Shown here one piece after another: positions 1 to 10,521 of a stretch of DNA of 64,000 bases. Made by a program: the position numbers and the translations under genes. The stretch comes from Kiritimatiellia bacterium (GTDB lineage Bacteria; Verrucomicrobiota; Kiritimatiellia; UBA8416; YA12-FULL-48-11), in NCBI GenBank assembly GCA_028716365.1, contig JAQUPZ010000001.1, positions 839,393 through 903,392 on the forward strand. Direction: 5' to 3'. Position 1 is the first letter of the stretch. Every line of letters begins with the position of its first letter. The notes under the pieces were generated by a model. That model was not told the origin of the DNA. It ran no database searches and saw nothing but the letters and a program-made list of their open reading frames with translations.

Positions 1-2
1 TG

Positions 3-911
3 CAACTCAATGACACACACGCGGATGCCGACGCTGGTAAGGAGGCATATGAGAAGGCTAACGAAAAAGTCCGTTGGCTCATCGCGGCCGCTGCGTCGGG
101 GCAATATTTCGAGCGGCCAGACTTTGTGATTGGGATTGGCGACCTTATCCATGGAGAGCGCATCGGGAACCTTGGAACCGACCTGCGGCTTTTTTCTGAG
201 ATGCTTAAACCGTTGTGTGTTCCTTTCTATCCGGTTGTTGGCAACCACGAGGTTATACAACAAGAAGGAAACCCGAAGTATGAGCAGGCCTATCGCGAGG
301 TATTTGGAAACGACAGGTTAAATTATACATTCAGACATGGCGGATTGCTCTTCATCGTGCTTAACAACAGCGGGGCGTGTTGCGTTGGACCAGCCATCGT
401 CAAGGCGCGAAACGACTGGCTCCACAACGAATTGGAATTAGCACATGATGTCCCGAAGATTATCCTCTGCCATGTTCCGCTCATTCCTCTGCGTGAGGAA
501 GCGGTGCTGGCCAAGAGCTTCGGGTTTAAAAGTTACATGGATCGCGATGGTGATACGTTAAAAATCGTTGAAGAACACGCCGACTCGGTGATTGCAGTAT
601 TATCGGGTCATTTGCATCTAACAGGCGTCGTACAACGTAATGGAGTATATCATGTTTCCGTCTCAGGTACGGGCAGTTATCCCTGTGATTTTGCCTGTTA
701 CGAGGTGTTTAATGATCGTATTCATGTCCGCGTGCATAGTCTTTCCCGGAAACTCTTAACACCTGGTACCAATATCCATGGCAAACCACGTTACAAAATC
801 GACTATACCGATGCTGATCATCCCACGCACGAATTGTACATCCGTGGTAATCAGGCAGAACGCGACTTCGAAATTCACTTACAGGGAAAAAAACGATTAC
901 CTTCTCTGTAA
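3..911 (+). CDS. Calcineurin-like metallophosphoesterase (5' partial, continues upstream of window)
   Basis: The reading frame is open from the window start. It contains the phosphoesterase motifs (N)DTHAD, GDLIHG, GNHE and GHLH. Confidence 0.7.
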   Translation, partial: QLNDTHADADAGKEAYEKANEKVRWLIAAAASGQYFERPDFVIGIGDLIHGERIGNLGTDLRLFSEMLKPLCVPFYPVVGNHEVIQQEGNPKYEQAYREVFGNDRLNYTFRHGGLLFIVLNNSGACCVGPAIVKARNDWLHNELELAHDVPKIILCHVPLIPLREEAVLAKSFGFKSYMDRDGDTLKIVEEHADSVIAVLSGHLHLTGVVQRNGVYHVSVSGTGSYPCDFACYEVFNDRIHVRVHSLSRKLLTPGTNIHGKPRYKIDYTDADHPTHELYIRGNQAERDFEIHLQGKKRLPSL

Positions 912-949
912 TTGTCAAATCCAGAAGCAGAAAACTATTTGTCTGATGT

Positions 950-3900
950 CTACTGTACTTCTCTGGTGGCTGTCGGACGGCCATTGCCCGGTGTAAGGGC
1001 TATTGATGTTTGAATTGAGTAACCACAGATACAACCCGCGCTGGCCTCGGGCATCAATATCAGGCCACCGGCCGGGATAATATTGATCCAGCAACCGGGA
1101 CGGACCACTCCGGTCAGATCGGTGTATTCACCCGTTTTCAGATCGAACATACGGGCGGAATTGAAACGACTGAATGCGCAGTTGGCCGAAGTTGAGAGAA
1201 CACCACAACTGCCGCTTTTCTGCCACTTCCAGCCGGTAACAGGTTCGCCGGTATGCAGATTACATGCAAAACCTGTGTTGTAAATCACATCACCAACAAT
1301 AGCCGAATGCTGAACTTGTTCTCCATGTGGACCCTGCAGGATATGGTCTGGAACAGGGGTCTGTGTGTTTTGCCATAACTGTTTGCCGGTGGCTGCATCG
1401 AAAGCGGCCAGGTCGTATCGAACCTTTTTAACTTTGTCAAACGGTACATTTTTTGTTCCGGTGATGACCAGTTTTTCCTTGGCGTAACTGAGGAAAATCA
1501 TATTTTGGATGGCCTGCAGTTCGGCTGGTTTCCGCCAGAGAATTTTTCCACTGGATAAACTAAGAGATACCAGATCTGCGCCCTGGCCCAGGAGCATTGG
1601 CAACTTGATTCGTCCGTCGGCGATATTTCTGGTTTCCGGATTGGTACTTTCGACAAAGTAAATGCGGCCGTTACCAATGGCTATTGTGGGGTTAATAATC
1701 ACGCCGCGCTGTGGTGTATATGACCAGAGCTTTTTTTCCGAGTGACGTTTGTAGGCAAACATTGAATCACTGCACACAACAGGCATAAGATCACGCCAGA
1801 TCAGTATTTCTGTGTCGATTGTCTGTTCGCGGAAGGCAGCGCCGGGTTTGGTGATGCTTCCCACAAGCAGGTTGTCAACCATTGCGATATATCCCCATTC
1901 ACCAATACTTCCGTCATCGTTCGCGGGCACGGAGAGAGTCAAACGGTGTTGACCCGTCTGTGCATCGAAGGCGATGCAATCACTGCCAGAAGCGACATAG
2001 AGCTGATCGTCTGCAGCAACCATGTTGCCCGAGTGTTTGAATGCGCCCAATCGAACAGAGTCAGGCACATTACGTTCCCAGAGCAGCGTGCCATTGTAGG
2101 CATCGATGACAACGACATAATTGTCTCCGGAAACAAAAAGCCGGCCGTTTTTATAAAGTGGGCCGACGTTTTTGTCATGCCTGTCCGGCATCCGGCGCGG
2201 GCCCGGCCGGCCAAACCACTGAATGTCAACTTCCCCCTGCGATAGAGCATCGCCGCTACAGGCGGTATTTCCCGGATCGGCGTGAAAATACGACCACTCG
2301 CCCGCACCCGGCAATGGACCGCGGTGTGCAAAACCCACTGTGTTCCCGGCGGTCTTCCCGGTTTTCCAGCCAGGGATCGAATCGAGACCCCAGTCTATCA
2401 GATTTGATACATCAGTTTTCTGAGGTATCATCAGCATGACGGTGCCGTTACATGGCCGTAATACTCTGTAAACTTCGGCAGCCGGAGTTGGTAGTTTTCC
2501 CGTGAACAGGGTTTCTTCCGAAACAATCAGGTTGGCGAAATTTTTCTGGTACGGCAACTTATTAAGGTCACCCTCGTGTATTGAGATACGGGCGCCATAT
2601 AAACCGGCTTCGGCCAGCAGTTTACGGGCAGTTGAAACCTTGGAAGCGTCAGGTTCGATACCGATAATCTGCATTTGAGATTGCCGGGCTATTTCATAAG
2701 CCAGTCGGCCGGTATTCGCTCCCAGCACAAGGCAGTAACCTTTCTTCACGCCGGCAAGTTTCAGAGCCGTTTCGGCTGCCTGAGCGCAAAGTTTTGTCTT
2801 TTCATCCGATGGGTAGGGAGACGGTTTGATAACAACGTCAGGTACGTCAACAACCTGGTCTCTGCGCACTGGCGCCGGATCGGTCTCGAAACAATGGATG
2901 ATTCCCTTATCGGTGCTCACATAAAGGTGATTATCACTGACCGCCAAGCCATAAACCTTGCCTGCAACTGCACCGGTCCAAAGCTGTTTGCCGTCTTCGA
3001 TATTATAAGCAGTGACGCGATCCAATGTGCCGGCGAAAATCGTCTTTCCGGCCAGGATCAATTCGTAACAGTCGGCACATGGGATATCCCATTTTACGTA
3101 ATCTTTACGAAGACCACCCAGGTCGGCAATCCGTTTCTTGTCGTCATTGGTCTTTTCCTTCTTTGCCTGCAAACGGCTCAGTTCGAGGTAGTGTGAGCGA
3201 TCCATTGCATAGAGCCGGTCCTTGGTGAGAATATAATTCATCTGTCCAGAGGTGACTACGCGTAAACCATCAGAGAAAATTATTTTTTCCTGGGATCCCG
3301 GCGTACTGAATTGAATGCCTGCTGATTCACCGGCACCGTGCAATATCATGTCGTCAACGACTACCGCGAAACAACTGCCGGCTTTGCGGTCAACGCCATG
3401 GCCTGGTAGAGGTCCGGCATCCGTGCCATCATCCCGGTTATAGACCTGGGGTACAGTACGGCCGGTTGGCACGAAGAGATACTTGGACGAAGCCAGCATG
3501 TAACCCTGTGATGAAATCTTGATCTTCTGTTTCCAAAGTTCTTTCCCATTTACAGCATCAACTGCACAAAGATAATTATCCTGAGTGGGAAATAAACCGG
3601 CACAGAAGTAGACGACGCCGCCATCAACGACGACACCACAGCGGACAGGCCAGAGTGAAATCATCCGGCCATTGCCCGGCAGGCGACGGTCTTCCGGACC
3701 ACCGCGGTACTTCCAGATTAACTGGCCGTCATTTGCGTTAAGGCAATAGAGGTAACCATCGTCGGAACCGGCATAGACTTTACCGGCGACCACTGTTGGA
3801 GCCAACCGTACTGGTCCTTCCGTGGTAAACGACCAGCGCTTTTCGCCCGTCGCGGCATCGAGACAGTAGATTGTATCGTCAGTTGAAGAACCATAATAAA

Positions 3901-4207
3901 CCGATCCGCCGGTTATTACTGCGTGAAATGTCCGGTCGTAGGTTGTTGTCGGTCCGAGTCCGTAAATGCGGTGCCAGACATCCTGTGTAGCGGGTAACTC
4001 GGGCCAGGCTGGACTGGGGGCGTGTGTACTGCGGTGTTTCCAGACCTCGATCAAAGGCAGTTTCAGTTCGTCGGTTACGGTACCGCTGCGCCGTTCGTCA
4101 CCTCGATAAGTTGGCCAATCGGCCGGGGCGAGAATTGGCTGCGAAAATGTCAGGATCGTGAGAAAGATTGTTGTAATTAAAAAATGTAATCGGGTGTGAG
4201 TAGCCAT
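950..4207 (-). CDS. Secreted PQQ-repeat (BamB-like) beta-propeller protein with an embedded SAM-methyltransferase-like domain
   Basis: It has an N-terminal signal peptide. PQQ-type repeats (e.g. GxVYxGSxDGxLYCLdaxtGxxxW) occur in both the N- and C-terminal halves. The middle region (approx nt 2400-2850) has a degenerate MTase motif I (CLVLGANTGRLA...IIGIEPD). Confidence 0.6.
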   Translation of the reverse strand: MATHTRLHFLITTIFLTILTFSQPILAPADWPTYRGDERRSGTVTDELKLPLIEVWKHRSTHAPSPAWPELPATQDVWHRIYGLGPTTTYDRTFHAVITGGSVYYGSSTDDTIYCLDAATGEKRWSFTTEGPVRLAPTVVAGKVYAGSDDGYLYCLNANDGQLIWKYRGGPEDRRLPGNGRMISLWPVRCGVVVDGGVVYFCAGLFPTQDNYLCAVDAVNGKELWKQKIKISSQGYMLASSKYLFVPTGRTVPQVYNRDDGTDAGPLPGHGVDRKAGSCFAVVVDDMILHGAGESAGIQFSTPGSQEKIIFSDGLRVVTSGQMNYILTKDRLYAMDRSHYLELSRLQAKKEKTNDDKKRIADLGGLRKDYVKWDIPCADCYELILAGKTIFAGTLDRVTAYNIEDGKQLWTGAVAGKVYGLAVSDNHLYVSTDKGIIHCFETDPAPVRRDQVVDVPDVVIKPSPYPSDEKTKLCAQAAETALKLAGVKKGYCLVLGANTGRLAYEIARQSQMQIIGIEPDASKVSTARKLLAEAGLYGARISIHEGDLNKLPYQKNFANLIVSEETLFTGKLPTPAAEVYRVLRPCNGTVMLMIPQKTDVSNLIDWGLDSIPGWKTGKTAGNTVGFAHRGPLPGAGEWSYFHADPGNTACSGDALSQGEVDIQWFGRPGPRRMPDRHDKNVGPLYKNGRLFVSGDNYVVVIDAYNGTLLWERNVPDSVRLGAFKHSGNMVAADDQLYVASGSDCIAFDAQTGQHRLTLSVPANDDGSIGEWGYIAMVDNLLVGSITKPGAAFREQTIDTEILIWRDLMPVVCSDSMFAYKRHSEKKLWSYTPQRGVIINPTIAIGNGRIYFVESTNPETRNIADGRIKLPMLLGQGADLVSLSLSSGKILWRKPAELQAIQNMIFLSYAKEKLVITGTKNVPFDKVKKVRYDLAAFDAATGKQLWQNTQTPVPDHILQGPHGEQVQHSAIVGDVIYNTGFACNLHTGEPVTGWKWQKSGSCGVLSTSANCAFSRFNSARMFDLKTGEYTDLTGVVRPGCWINIIPAGGLILMPEASAGCICGYSIQTSIALTPGNGRPTATREVQ

Positions 4208-4263
4208 TTTTTACTCCTCCTTGTTGTCGATATTCGACTGCCCGGACGAATGATAACCAGTTG

Positions 4264-5130
4264 TCAGTTATTGTCAGGGGTTTCGACGATCTGGGCTGAT
4301 TCGCGAATTTTATCAACTGCGCGGCCAATTTCGTCGTTTTTACGCTGGTCTTGAATATTCTTCCTTATATCTTTCTTAACCTTTTCAAATCCTATTGGCT
4401 GGGCGGGACGTTTTTCATGGACCTTTGCAATGTGATAGCCGAACTCGGTTCGGAACACATCACTTACCTGGCCTGGTTCGAGTGAGAAGACGACCTTGTC
4501 AAAGGATTCCACCATGGCGCCACGCGGGAACCAGCCGAGGTCCCCTCCGTTGTCGTTACAACTTGAATACTGCCTGGCAATCCGGGCGAAGTCTGCATCT
4601 TTGGTTACCTGTTCGCGAATGTTCATCATTTCGGCATGGAACATGCCGAAGTCCTCGTCACGCGACGGTTGGCGGAGAATATGCGAGGCGTGGACCATTT
4701 CGGCTGACTGAAAATCACTCTTATGTTCTTCGTAATATGCAAGGCATTCTTCATCAGTTGGCGCGGGGACGTCCTTGCAGATTTGCTTGAAGTATTTATC
4801 CAGCCTGACGCTGTCTGCGATTCCAGCCTTTATTTTTTTAACTTCGTCTTCAGGCATATTCGCCGCGGTTTCCTCATTGCCGTATTGCTTTATGAGGTTG
4901 GAGAATTCACGGTCGATCTCTGTCTGCGCAATGGTTGGGAATACCTTCCTGGCCTCCTGTGCAAGCAGGATCCGTTCGATTGCATTTTCCCGGGCATCGT
5001 TGGCAATTTGTGTTTCGCGATTCTGCATTTCATCTGGCGACATGTGTTCGCGATAGCGCTGTTGCAGCATCGTCAGTTCCTGATCGATCAATGCTTTTTC
5101 CAGTTTTTCCCCGTTAATAGTAATACTCAT
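4264..5130 (-). CDS. PpiC/parvulin-type peptidyl-prolyl cis-trans isomerase
   Basis: The C-terminal parvulin domain is present (ASHIL...GGDLGWFPRGAMVESFDKVVF...FGYHIAKV). I place the start at the internal ATG at 5130 because the upstream part of the ORF looks non-coding (AT-rich, odd composition). Confidence 0.65.
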   Translation of the reverse strand: MSITINGEKLEKALIDQELTMLQQRYREHMSPDEMQNRETQIANDARENAIERILLAQEARKVFPTIAQTEIDREFSNLIKQYGNEETAANMPEDEVKKIKAGIADSVRLDKYFKQICKDVPAPTDEECLAYYEEHKSDFQSAEMVHASHILRQPSRDEDFGMFHAEMMNIREQVTKDADFARIARQYSSCNDNGGDLGWFPRGAMVESFDKVVFSLEPGQVSDVFRTEFGYHIAKVHEKRPAQPIGFEKVKKDIRKNIQDQRKNDEIGRAVDKIRESAQIVETPDNN

Positions 5131-5315
5131 AGATATCTTTCTTTTATTGTTACAGGTGTGAAATTTGCGCGAAAAACGGTTGCAATACAAGACGAAATAA
5201 AAAATGACATAGTTGTAAACCTTGGTCATGTGAAGTATGTGACAAACTACTTGGCAATTGTTAAGTAACAGTCTATTTTTAACATGAATATCGCAGGAAT
5301 ACTTGGAGATATCCT

Positions 5316-6353
5316 ATGACGGAAAATCAGTGGAAGCAGTTGGTCAGGGTTGTTCAGGGAGAAGCTGTAAAACCATTGCCTGTCGGGTTCATAATTGACA
5401 GCCCGTGGCTGCCTGGCTGGTCGGGTATTTCAATTGTTGATTATTTTGCTTCTGAACAGATGTGGTTTGAAGCCAATCTCAAGGCCGTCAGGCGTTTTCC
5501 CGATGTTATTTTCCTGCCCGGGTTCTGGTCGGAATATGGCATGTGTACAGAGCCATCGGCATTTGGTTCGAAATGTGTATTTCACGAAAATGATCTTCCA
5601 TTTGCCGACAAAATAATCGAAACACCGCAACAGATGACATCACTCAGGAAACCTGATGTGAAGACGGACGGTTTACTTCCTTTTGCCCTGAAGCGGCTCC
5701 AGCACGCCCGAAAGGCAATTGAGAAAGAAGGACATGCAATCAAGTTTGCGGTGGCAAGGGGACCGCTGAATATTGCTTCGTTTTTGATGGGCGCGACTGA
5801 ATTCATGATCGCATTGAAAGAATCGCCGCAGGAAAGTCATGCCATGCTTAATACGATCACTGATTTTCTGTGTGACTGGATAAAGCTTCAAAAGGAAACT
5901 ATTCCATCGATTGAGGGTGTGTTCCTGCTGGATGATCTGGCAGGATTTCTGGGTGAGGAAGATTTCGTTGAATTTGCCACACCTTACCTGAAGAAATCAT
6001 TCAGTGCGGTTGATTCGAAAGTAAGGTTCTTTCATAACGATGCAGGCGGCTTGGTATGTGCGCCGCATCTTGCCGGTATTGGCGTTAACCTTTTTAATTT
6101 CAGTTTCCAGCATGGGATGAAAGAGATGCTTGATAAAACCGGCGGAAAGGTTTGCCTGCTGGGCAACATTCCGCCGCGTGACGTGCTGGCCAGCGGAAAG
6201 CCTGATGATGTGCGCAAGGGAGTCAAGGCGATGTTTGAAGGTGTTTCAGACCCGCGCAGAATCATTGCCTCATGCGGTGGCGGCATGTCGCAGAACACGC
6301 CGACGGAGAACATAGAGACATTTGTTGAAGCTGTCAGATTGTTGTCATTCTAA
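5316..6353 (+). CDS. Uroporphyrinogen-decarboxylase (URO-D)-like family protein
   Basis: The size is 345 aa and a GGAG SD lies upstream. Overall resemblance is to the URO-D/MtaA-like TIM-barrel family (weak, by eye). Confidence 0.4.
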   Translation: MTENQWKQLVRVVQGEAVKPLPVGFIIDSPWLPGWSGISIVDYFASEQMWFEANLKAVRRFPDVIFLPGFWSEYGMCTEPSAFGSKCVFHENDLPFADKIIETPQQMTSLRKPDVKTDGLLPFALKRLQHARKAIEKEGHAIKFAVARGPLNIASFLMGATEFMIALKESPQESHAMLNTITDFLCDWIKLQKETIPSIEGVFLLDDLAGFLGEEDFVEFATPYLKKSFSAVDSKVRFFHNDAGGLVCAPHLAGIGVNLFNFSFQHGMKEMLDKTGGKVCLLGNIPPRDVLASGKPDDVRKGVKAMFEGVSDPRRIIASCGGGMSQNTPTENIETFVEAVRLLSF

Positions 6354-6415
6354 AAGTCTGTCCGGTTGCTTCCTGAGATGACGTGGAAGATGACGACAAG
6401 CAACAATAAGGAGTT

Positions 6416-6706
6416 GTGATGATGAATGTGGATCAAAAGTCTTTGAAAAGAAAGGATAGAAACTTTGTAATAGTTTCTGCGATAGTGCTGATTGGGTTAA
6501 GCATCTGGAGTGAGGTTACACCAAAGATTTATTATCTTTCGAATAGATCGGTGATTATAGGAATAATAATGGCTCTCATATCTCCATTTGTAGTTCTCTG
6601 GTTTCAGAAATTATGGAATACGGTGGTTCCTGATATTACAGGTTGGCGAGCGATTACCTTTGTTGAAGCGCTAGGGCTGATTGCCCTGGCCTTGATTCTG
6701 GTTTAA
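6416..6706 (+). CDS. Small hypothetical membrane protein (2-3 TM)
   Basis: It is a 96-aa ORF with hydrophobic helices and an AGGAG SD upstream, in an AT-rich region. Confidence 0.3.
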   Translation: MMMNVDQKSLKRKDRNFVIVSAIVLIGLSIWSEVTPKIYYLSNRSVIIGIIMALISPFVVLWFQKLWNTVVPDITGWRAITFVEALGLIALALILV

Positions 6707-6966
6707 AGCAGTTAATCCTAATATAATATTTATATCAGACTTGAGTATAAATGACAAAGGCTTAATGTGTTGATATGAAAGGTGGGGTAAGTACAACGGC
6801 ATTATCGCCTATTCTCATTCGAAGATCAGTTACTTTTGCAACGTAACGGTCGATCGTTCATTTCCCATATGTGCCATTTCCGGACAAAAGGTTCAATTAT
6901 TTCTGTTTTATGTTTATCAGTCATAAATTTGTGATAATGTTCATATCCGTTTGGAGAGAGGTGCAT

Positions 6967-9477
6967 ATGAAACTTCGACTTATCCTGCTTGCTATAATAA
7001 TTCAGGTTTTTCCTTTGTATGCAGAACAAGTATTCGATGAGTTTGCAGAGCTGAAGAATGAAATTGTGTCCAGCAAAAACTGGGACAATGGAAGACTGTG
7101 GCGCGAAACCTTGCGGAAAGAAGCATTGATAATGGAAAACGACAGGACTCCCGTGGACATTGTCTGGCGCCGGACACTTGCCCTGTTGGCTGATATCAAA
7201 GCAATGAAGAATGTACCTGACCTTTCAGGTGAAACTGCGGCACTCCAGGCGCTTAAACAGGAGGTGGATGATCTTTACAGACAGAAAGATGTGCCAGAGA
7301 AAACTCAGCTCGCAATTTTCGAGAAAATCACGGCAATCAGGCGAAAGATAGCATTTAAAAACCCCATTCTCGATTTCGACAGGATCATTTTCCTGAAACA
7401 TAACAAGCAGGCAAAAGGTTCTATTCACATGATCGATCAGTACCTTGGTTTTAATGCTGAGAAAAAAGGCGGTGTTTATGTACTGGAGAAAGCTTTCAGT
7501 GATGCTCCGATATTGAAAAGTCTGACGAAAGATTTTCCGGTTGAAAAGGGAAGACTGAAAGGGCGCAGGCTTGAAGACAATGGATCATTTATTTCCCTTG
7601 AACTTGATTATGACGCCAGAACAATACTGTTTGGTTTTACCGAAGCCGAGGAAATTTCCAGGAATCGGGACTACAATACGCAGATGTATACCGAGGAAGA
7701 ATTACTTAAACGCATGCCGGGATACAAGACCTACTACTTCTGTCCTGAAACTACTTATCATGTTTTCAAGGCCAATGTCGATGGTTCGAATCTGCAGCAA
7801 TTGACGGATGGCAAATGGAATGAGTTTGACCCGGTCTTCCTGCCAAACGGCAGAATTGTTTTTGTGTCGGAGCGTGCGGAAGGTGCATGCCGGTGCGGTG
7901 CGAGACCTTTACCGTCTGCCACGCTGTTCTCGATGATGCCTGACGGCAGTGATATCATTCAGCTGAGCTGGCATGATACCAATGAATGGCATCCGAGCGT
8001 GGATAATAACGGCATGATTGTTTATACCCGGTGGGATTACGTGGACCGGGATTCCGATATTGCCCATCACATCTGGCATTGTTTTCCTGACGGCCGCGAT
8101 CCGAGGTCCCTGCATGGTAATTACCCTGAAATCCGTGAATTAAGGCCGTGGATGGAAATGTCCATTCGCGCCATTCCTGATTCGTCAAAATATGTAGCGG
8201 TTACTTCCCAGCATCATGGGCAGGCTTATGGGTCATTAATAATGATTGATTTACGGGAAAAGGATGATCGCAGTACTGCTCAATTGAAGAGAATTACCCC
8301 GGAAGCGCCTTTTGCTGAATCCGAATCTCTGCCCGGTGTTCCTTATAAAAAGGGGAAGAGGACAATAGCCGGCGAACGGTATGGTGCTCCGTGGCCTTTA
8401 AGTGACGATTATTACTTGTGTGTTTATGATCCGAAATGCTCCAAGTACGGGATTTATCTGGTAGACAGTTTTGGGAATCGGGAAATGATTTATTATGACC
8501 CGGCGACTTCATGCCTGGACCCGATACCTCTGAAACCACGAAATCGACCTCCAGCAATTCCAGTCAAGACAATACAGGCCAAGGTTGACCAGCCTGCAGG
8601 TAATGTGGATCTGTCGACGGGGAAGATTGCGGTAATGAATATTTATGAGAGCGAATTTGAATGGCCGAAGGATATAAAAATCAGGGAATTACGTATTGTA
8701 AATATTTTTCCGAAAGACAATTCAATCGCAGATGATCCGAATGTCGGAAAGGCCCGGCAATCGCTTTGTCGCGGGGTACTTGGGACCGTACCCGTTGGAG
8801 AGGATGGTAGTGTATATCTCGAGGTGCCTACAGGAGCAGGTATTTATTTCCAGGCGCTGGATGAAAATGGAATGGCAGTACAAACGATGCGTTCAGACAC
8901 GTATGTGCACCCCGGCGAAACCCTGACCTGTATTGGTTGCCACGAGTCTAAATATAATATCATGAGTAATAAGGAGCGGCAGATTCCCATGGCACTGAAA
9001 CGCCAGCCATCGAAACTTAAATCGGAATGTGAAGGTTCTTATCCATTGACATTTTCCAGATTGGTCCAGCCGGTTCTAAATAAACATTGCGTTACCTGCC
9101 ATGACCAGAAGAAAAAGGCGCCGAATCTTCATGGTGATGTTTTCACTTCTCATGGATGGTCACAGGCGTTTATGTCGCTTCAAAAATATGGCTGGGGAAG
9201 AAGCGGCGGGAATGGGATAATTTTCAGCGAAGGACGGCAGTATTCAATCCCAGGGCAGGACTGTGCAAGAGTTTCAAAGCTCTATGACCTGCTGAAGCGC
9301 GGGCATAACGACGTAAAGCTTTCACCAGAAGAACTGCGACGCATTACCCTGTGGATAGACTGCAACAGCAATTTCTACGGTGCATATCATGATATTGAGA
9401 AACAGGCAAAGGCTGAAATAGTAAAACCAAAATTCGGCGTACCTGACTGGACAGAGTTTGAAAAAATAGTGCGCTAA
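6967..9477 (+). CDS. Secreted PD40/TolB-like beta-propeller di-heme (2x CXXCH) protein, HzsA-like family, paralog 1
   Basis: A signal peptide follows the ATG at 6967, which has a good SD. It carries CIGCH and CVTCH motifs. Motifs shared with the three paralogs include TRWDYVDR, YLVDxFGN, DPIPLKPRNRPP, TVPVGEDGS, YFQALD..MRSDT and WIDCN...Y. Confidence 0.75.
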   Translation: MKLRLILLAIIIQVFPLYAEQVFDEFAELKNEIVSSKNWDNGRLWRETLRKEALIMENDRTPVDIVWRRTLALLADIKAMKNVPDLSGETAALQALKQEVDDLYRQKDVPEKTQLAIFEKITAIRRKIAFKNPILDFDRIIFLKHNKQAKGSIHMIDQYLGFNAEKKGGVYVLEKAFSDAPILKSLTKDFPVEKGRLKGRRLEDNGSFISLELDYDARTILFGFTEAEEISRNRDYNTQMYTEEELLKRMPGYKTYYFCPETTYHVFKANVDGSNLQQLTDGKWNEFDPVFLPNGRIVFVSERAEGACRCGARPLPSATLFSMMPDGSDIIQLSWHDTNEWHPSVDNNGMIVYTRWDYVDRDSDIAHHIWHCFPDGRDPRSLHGNYPEIRELRPWMEMSIRAIPDSSKYVAVTSQHHGQAYGSLIMIDLREKDDRSTAQLKRITPEAPFAESESLPGVPYKKGKRTIAGERYGAPWPLSDDYYLCVYDPKCSKYGIYLVDSFGNREMIYYDPATSCLDPIPLKPRNRPPAIPVKTIQAKVDQPAGNVDLSTGKIAVMNIYESEFEWPKDIKIRELRIVNIFPKDNSIADDPNVGKARQSLCRGVLGTVPVGEDGSVYLEVPTGAGIYFQALDENGMAVQTMRSDTYVHPGETLTCIGCHESKYNIMSNKERQIPMALKRQPSKLKSECEGSYPLTFSRLVQPVLNKHCVTCHDQKKKAPNLHGDVFTSHGWSQAFMSLQKYGWGRSGGNGIIFSEGRQYSIPGQDCARVSKLYDLLKRGHNDVKLSPEELRRITLWIDCNSNFYGAYHDIEKQAKAEIVKPKFGVPDWTEFEKIVR

Positions 9478-9490
9478 TGAAAGGGTAATA

Positions 9491-10492
9491 ATGAAAAAAG
9501 GCATAGGTACCGGTTGTTTCTTCATTTCGACAATATTGGTCTGTTTGAATCTATTAGCTGCCGAATCTACTGAGCAATCCCAGCCAATTCAGACCGGTAA
9601 AGGGCATCATTTTGTATGCACGGATTATTCGCAGGGTAAGGTGTTCATTGTTTCTCCAGAAGGAAAGGCTGAATGGGAATACCCGGCAAAGAGTTGTAAT
9701 GATATCTGGGTACTTCCTAACGGGAACCTGCTTTTCAATACCGGGAATGGTGTACAGGAGGTAACGCGCGACAAGAAAGTGGTGTTTAACTACATCGGTT
9801 CACCGGTCAAGAAGACCATCAAACAGAAGGACGGGACAACAAAGGATGTCGAAAGTCCTTCAGAAATCTACGCCTGCCAGCGTCTTGCCAACGGCAACAC
9901 ATTTGTCGGTGAATGCAATTCCGGTCGTCTTCTTGAAATTGAACCATCGGGAAAGATCGTGAAAGAAATAAGAATGCTTCCCGAGGGGAAGGATGGCGGC
10001 CATGCATATATAAGGAATGCCCGCGTTTTGGCAAATGGCAACTACCTTGTTTCTCATTATGGCGAACAGGTGGTGAAAGAATATGATCCGCAGGGAAAGA
10101 TTGTCAGGGAAATTCCGGCTGTTGGAGGACCGCACAGCGCCATCAGACTGCCGAACGGTAACACGCTTATCGCATGCGGTGACAGAAAAGACGGTTCGAG
10201 GGTATTTGAAGTTGATAAGGAAGGCAAAACCGTCTGGGAAGTCAAGGGTGACGAATTACCAGGGATCAGTCTGAAGTTCATGGCCGGTCTTCAGAGATTA
10301 CCGAATGGAAATACAGTTATGTCCAATTGGCTGGGACACGGACAGTTTGGCAAGTCACCGCACGTCATTGAGGTCACGCCGGACAAGAAAGTTGTCTGGA
10401 CTTTTGCCGATCACAAGACCATGAGGACCGTTTCCAGCTTGCAGATGTTGGATGTCCCCGGCGACGTGACGAAAGGTGAGATAATTCACTGA
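9491..10492 (+). CDS. Secreted six-bladed beta-propeller repeat protein (hypothetical)
   Basis: It has a signal peptide and five repeats of an (V/R)LxNGNxL motif spaced about 50 aa apart. Confidence 0.5.
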   Translation: MKKGIGTGCFFISTILVCLNLLAAESTEQSQPIQTGKGHHFVCTDYSQGKVFIVSPEGKAEWEYPAKSCNDIWVLPNGNLLFNTGNGVQEVTRDKKVVFNYIGSPVKKTIKQKDGTTKDVESPSEIYACQRLANGNTFVGECNSGRLLEIEPSGKIVKEIRMLPEGKDGGHAYIRNARVLANGNYLVSHYGEQVVKEYDPQGKIVREIPAVGGPHSAIRLPNGNTLIACGDRKDGSRVFEVDKEGKTVWEVKGDELPGISLKFMAGLQRLPNGNTVMSNWLGHGQFGKSPHVIEVTPDKKVVWTFADHKTMRTVSSLQMLDVPGDVTKGEIIH

Positions 10493-10521
10493 CCTTTATT
10501 CTTGTATTTCAGGGGGTATAA

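Noticed and set aside
1939-3549. Multiple 60-170 aa ORFs on both strands inside the 950..4207 gene (e.g. 1946..2245, 2675..3196).
   Set aside because: They are fully nested in, or antisense to, a long ORF with clear domain structure. Their composition is Arg/Ser/Pro-rich and low-complexity, typical of out-of-frame translation of GC-richer coding DNA. The same applies to similar nested ORFs throughout the track (e.g. 11025..12456, 26128..28080, 53288..54664).
4723-5268. 181-aa plus-strand ORF overlapping the PPIase gene.
   Set aside because: It is antisense to a gene with a clear parvulin domain. It has no SD and a hydrophobic low-complexity translation.
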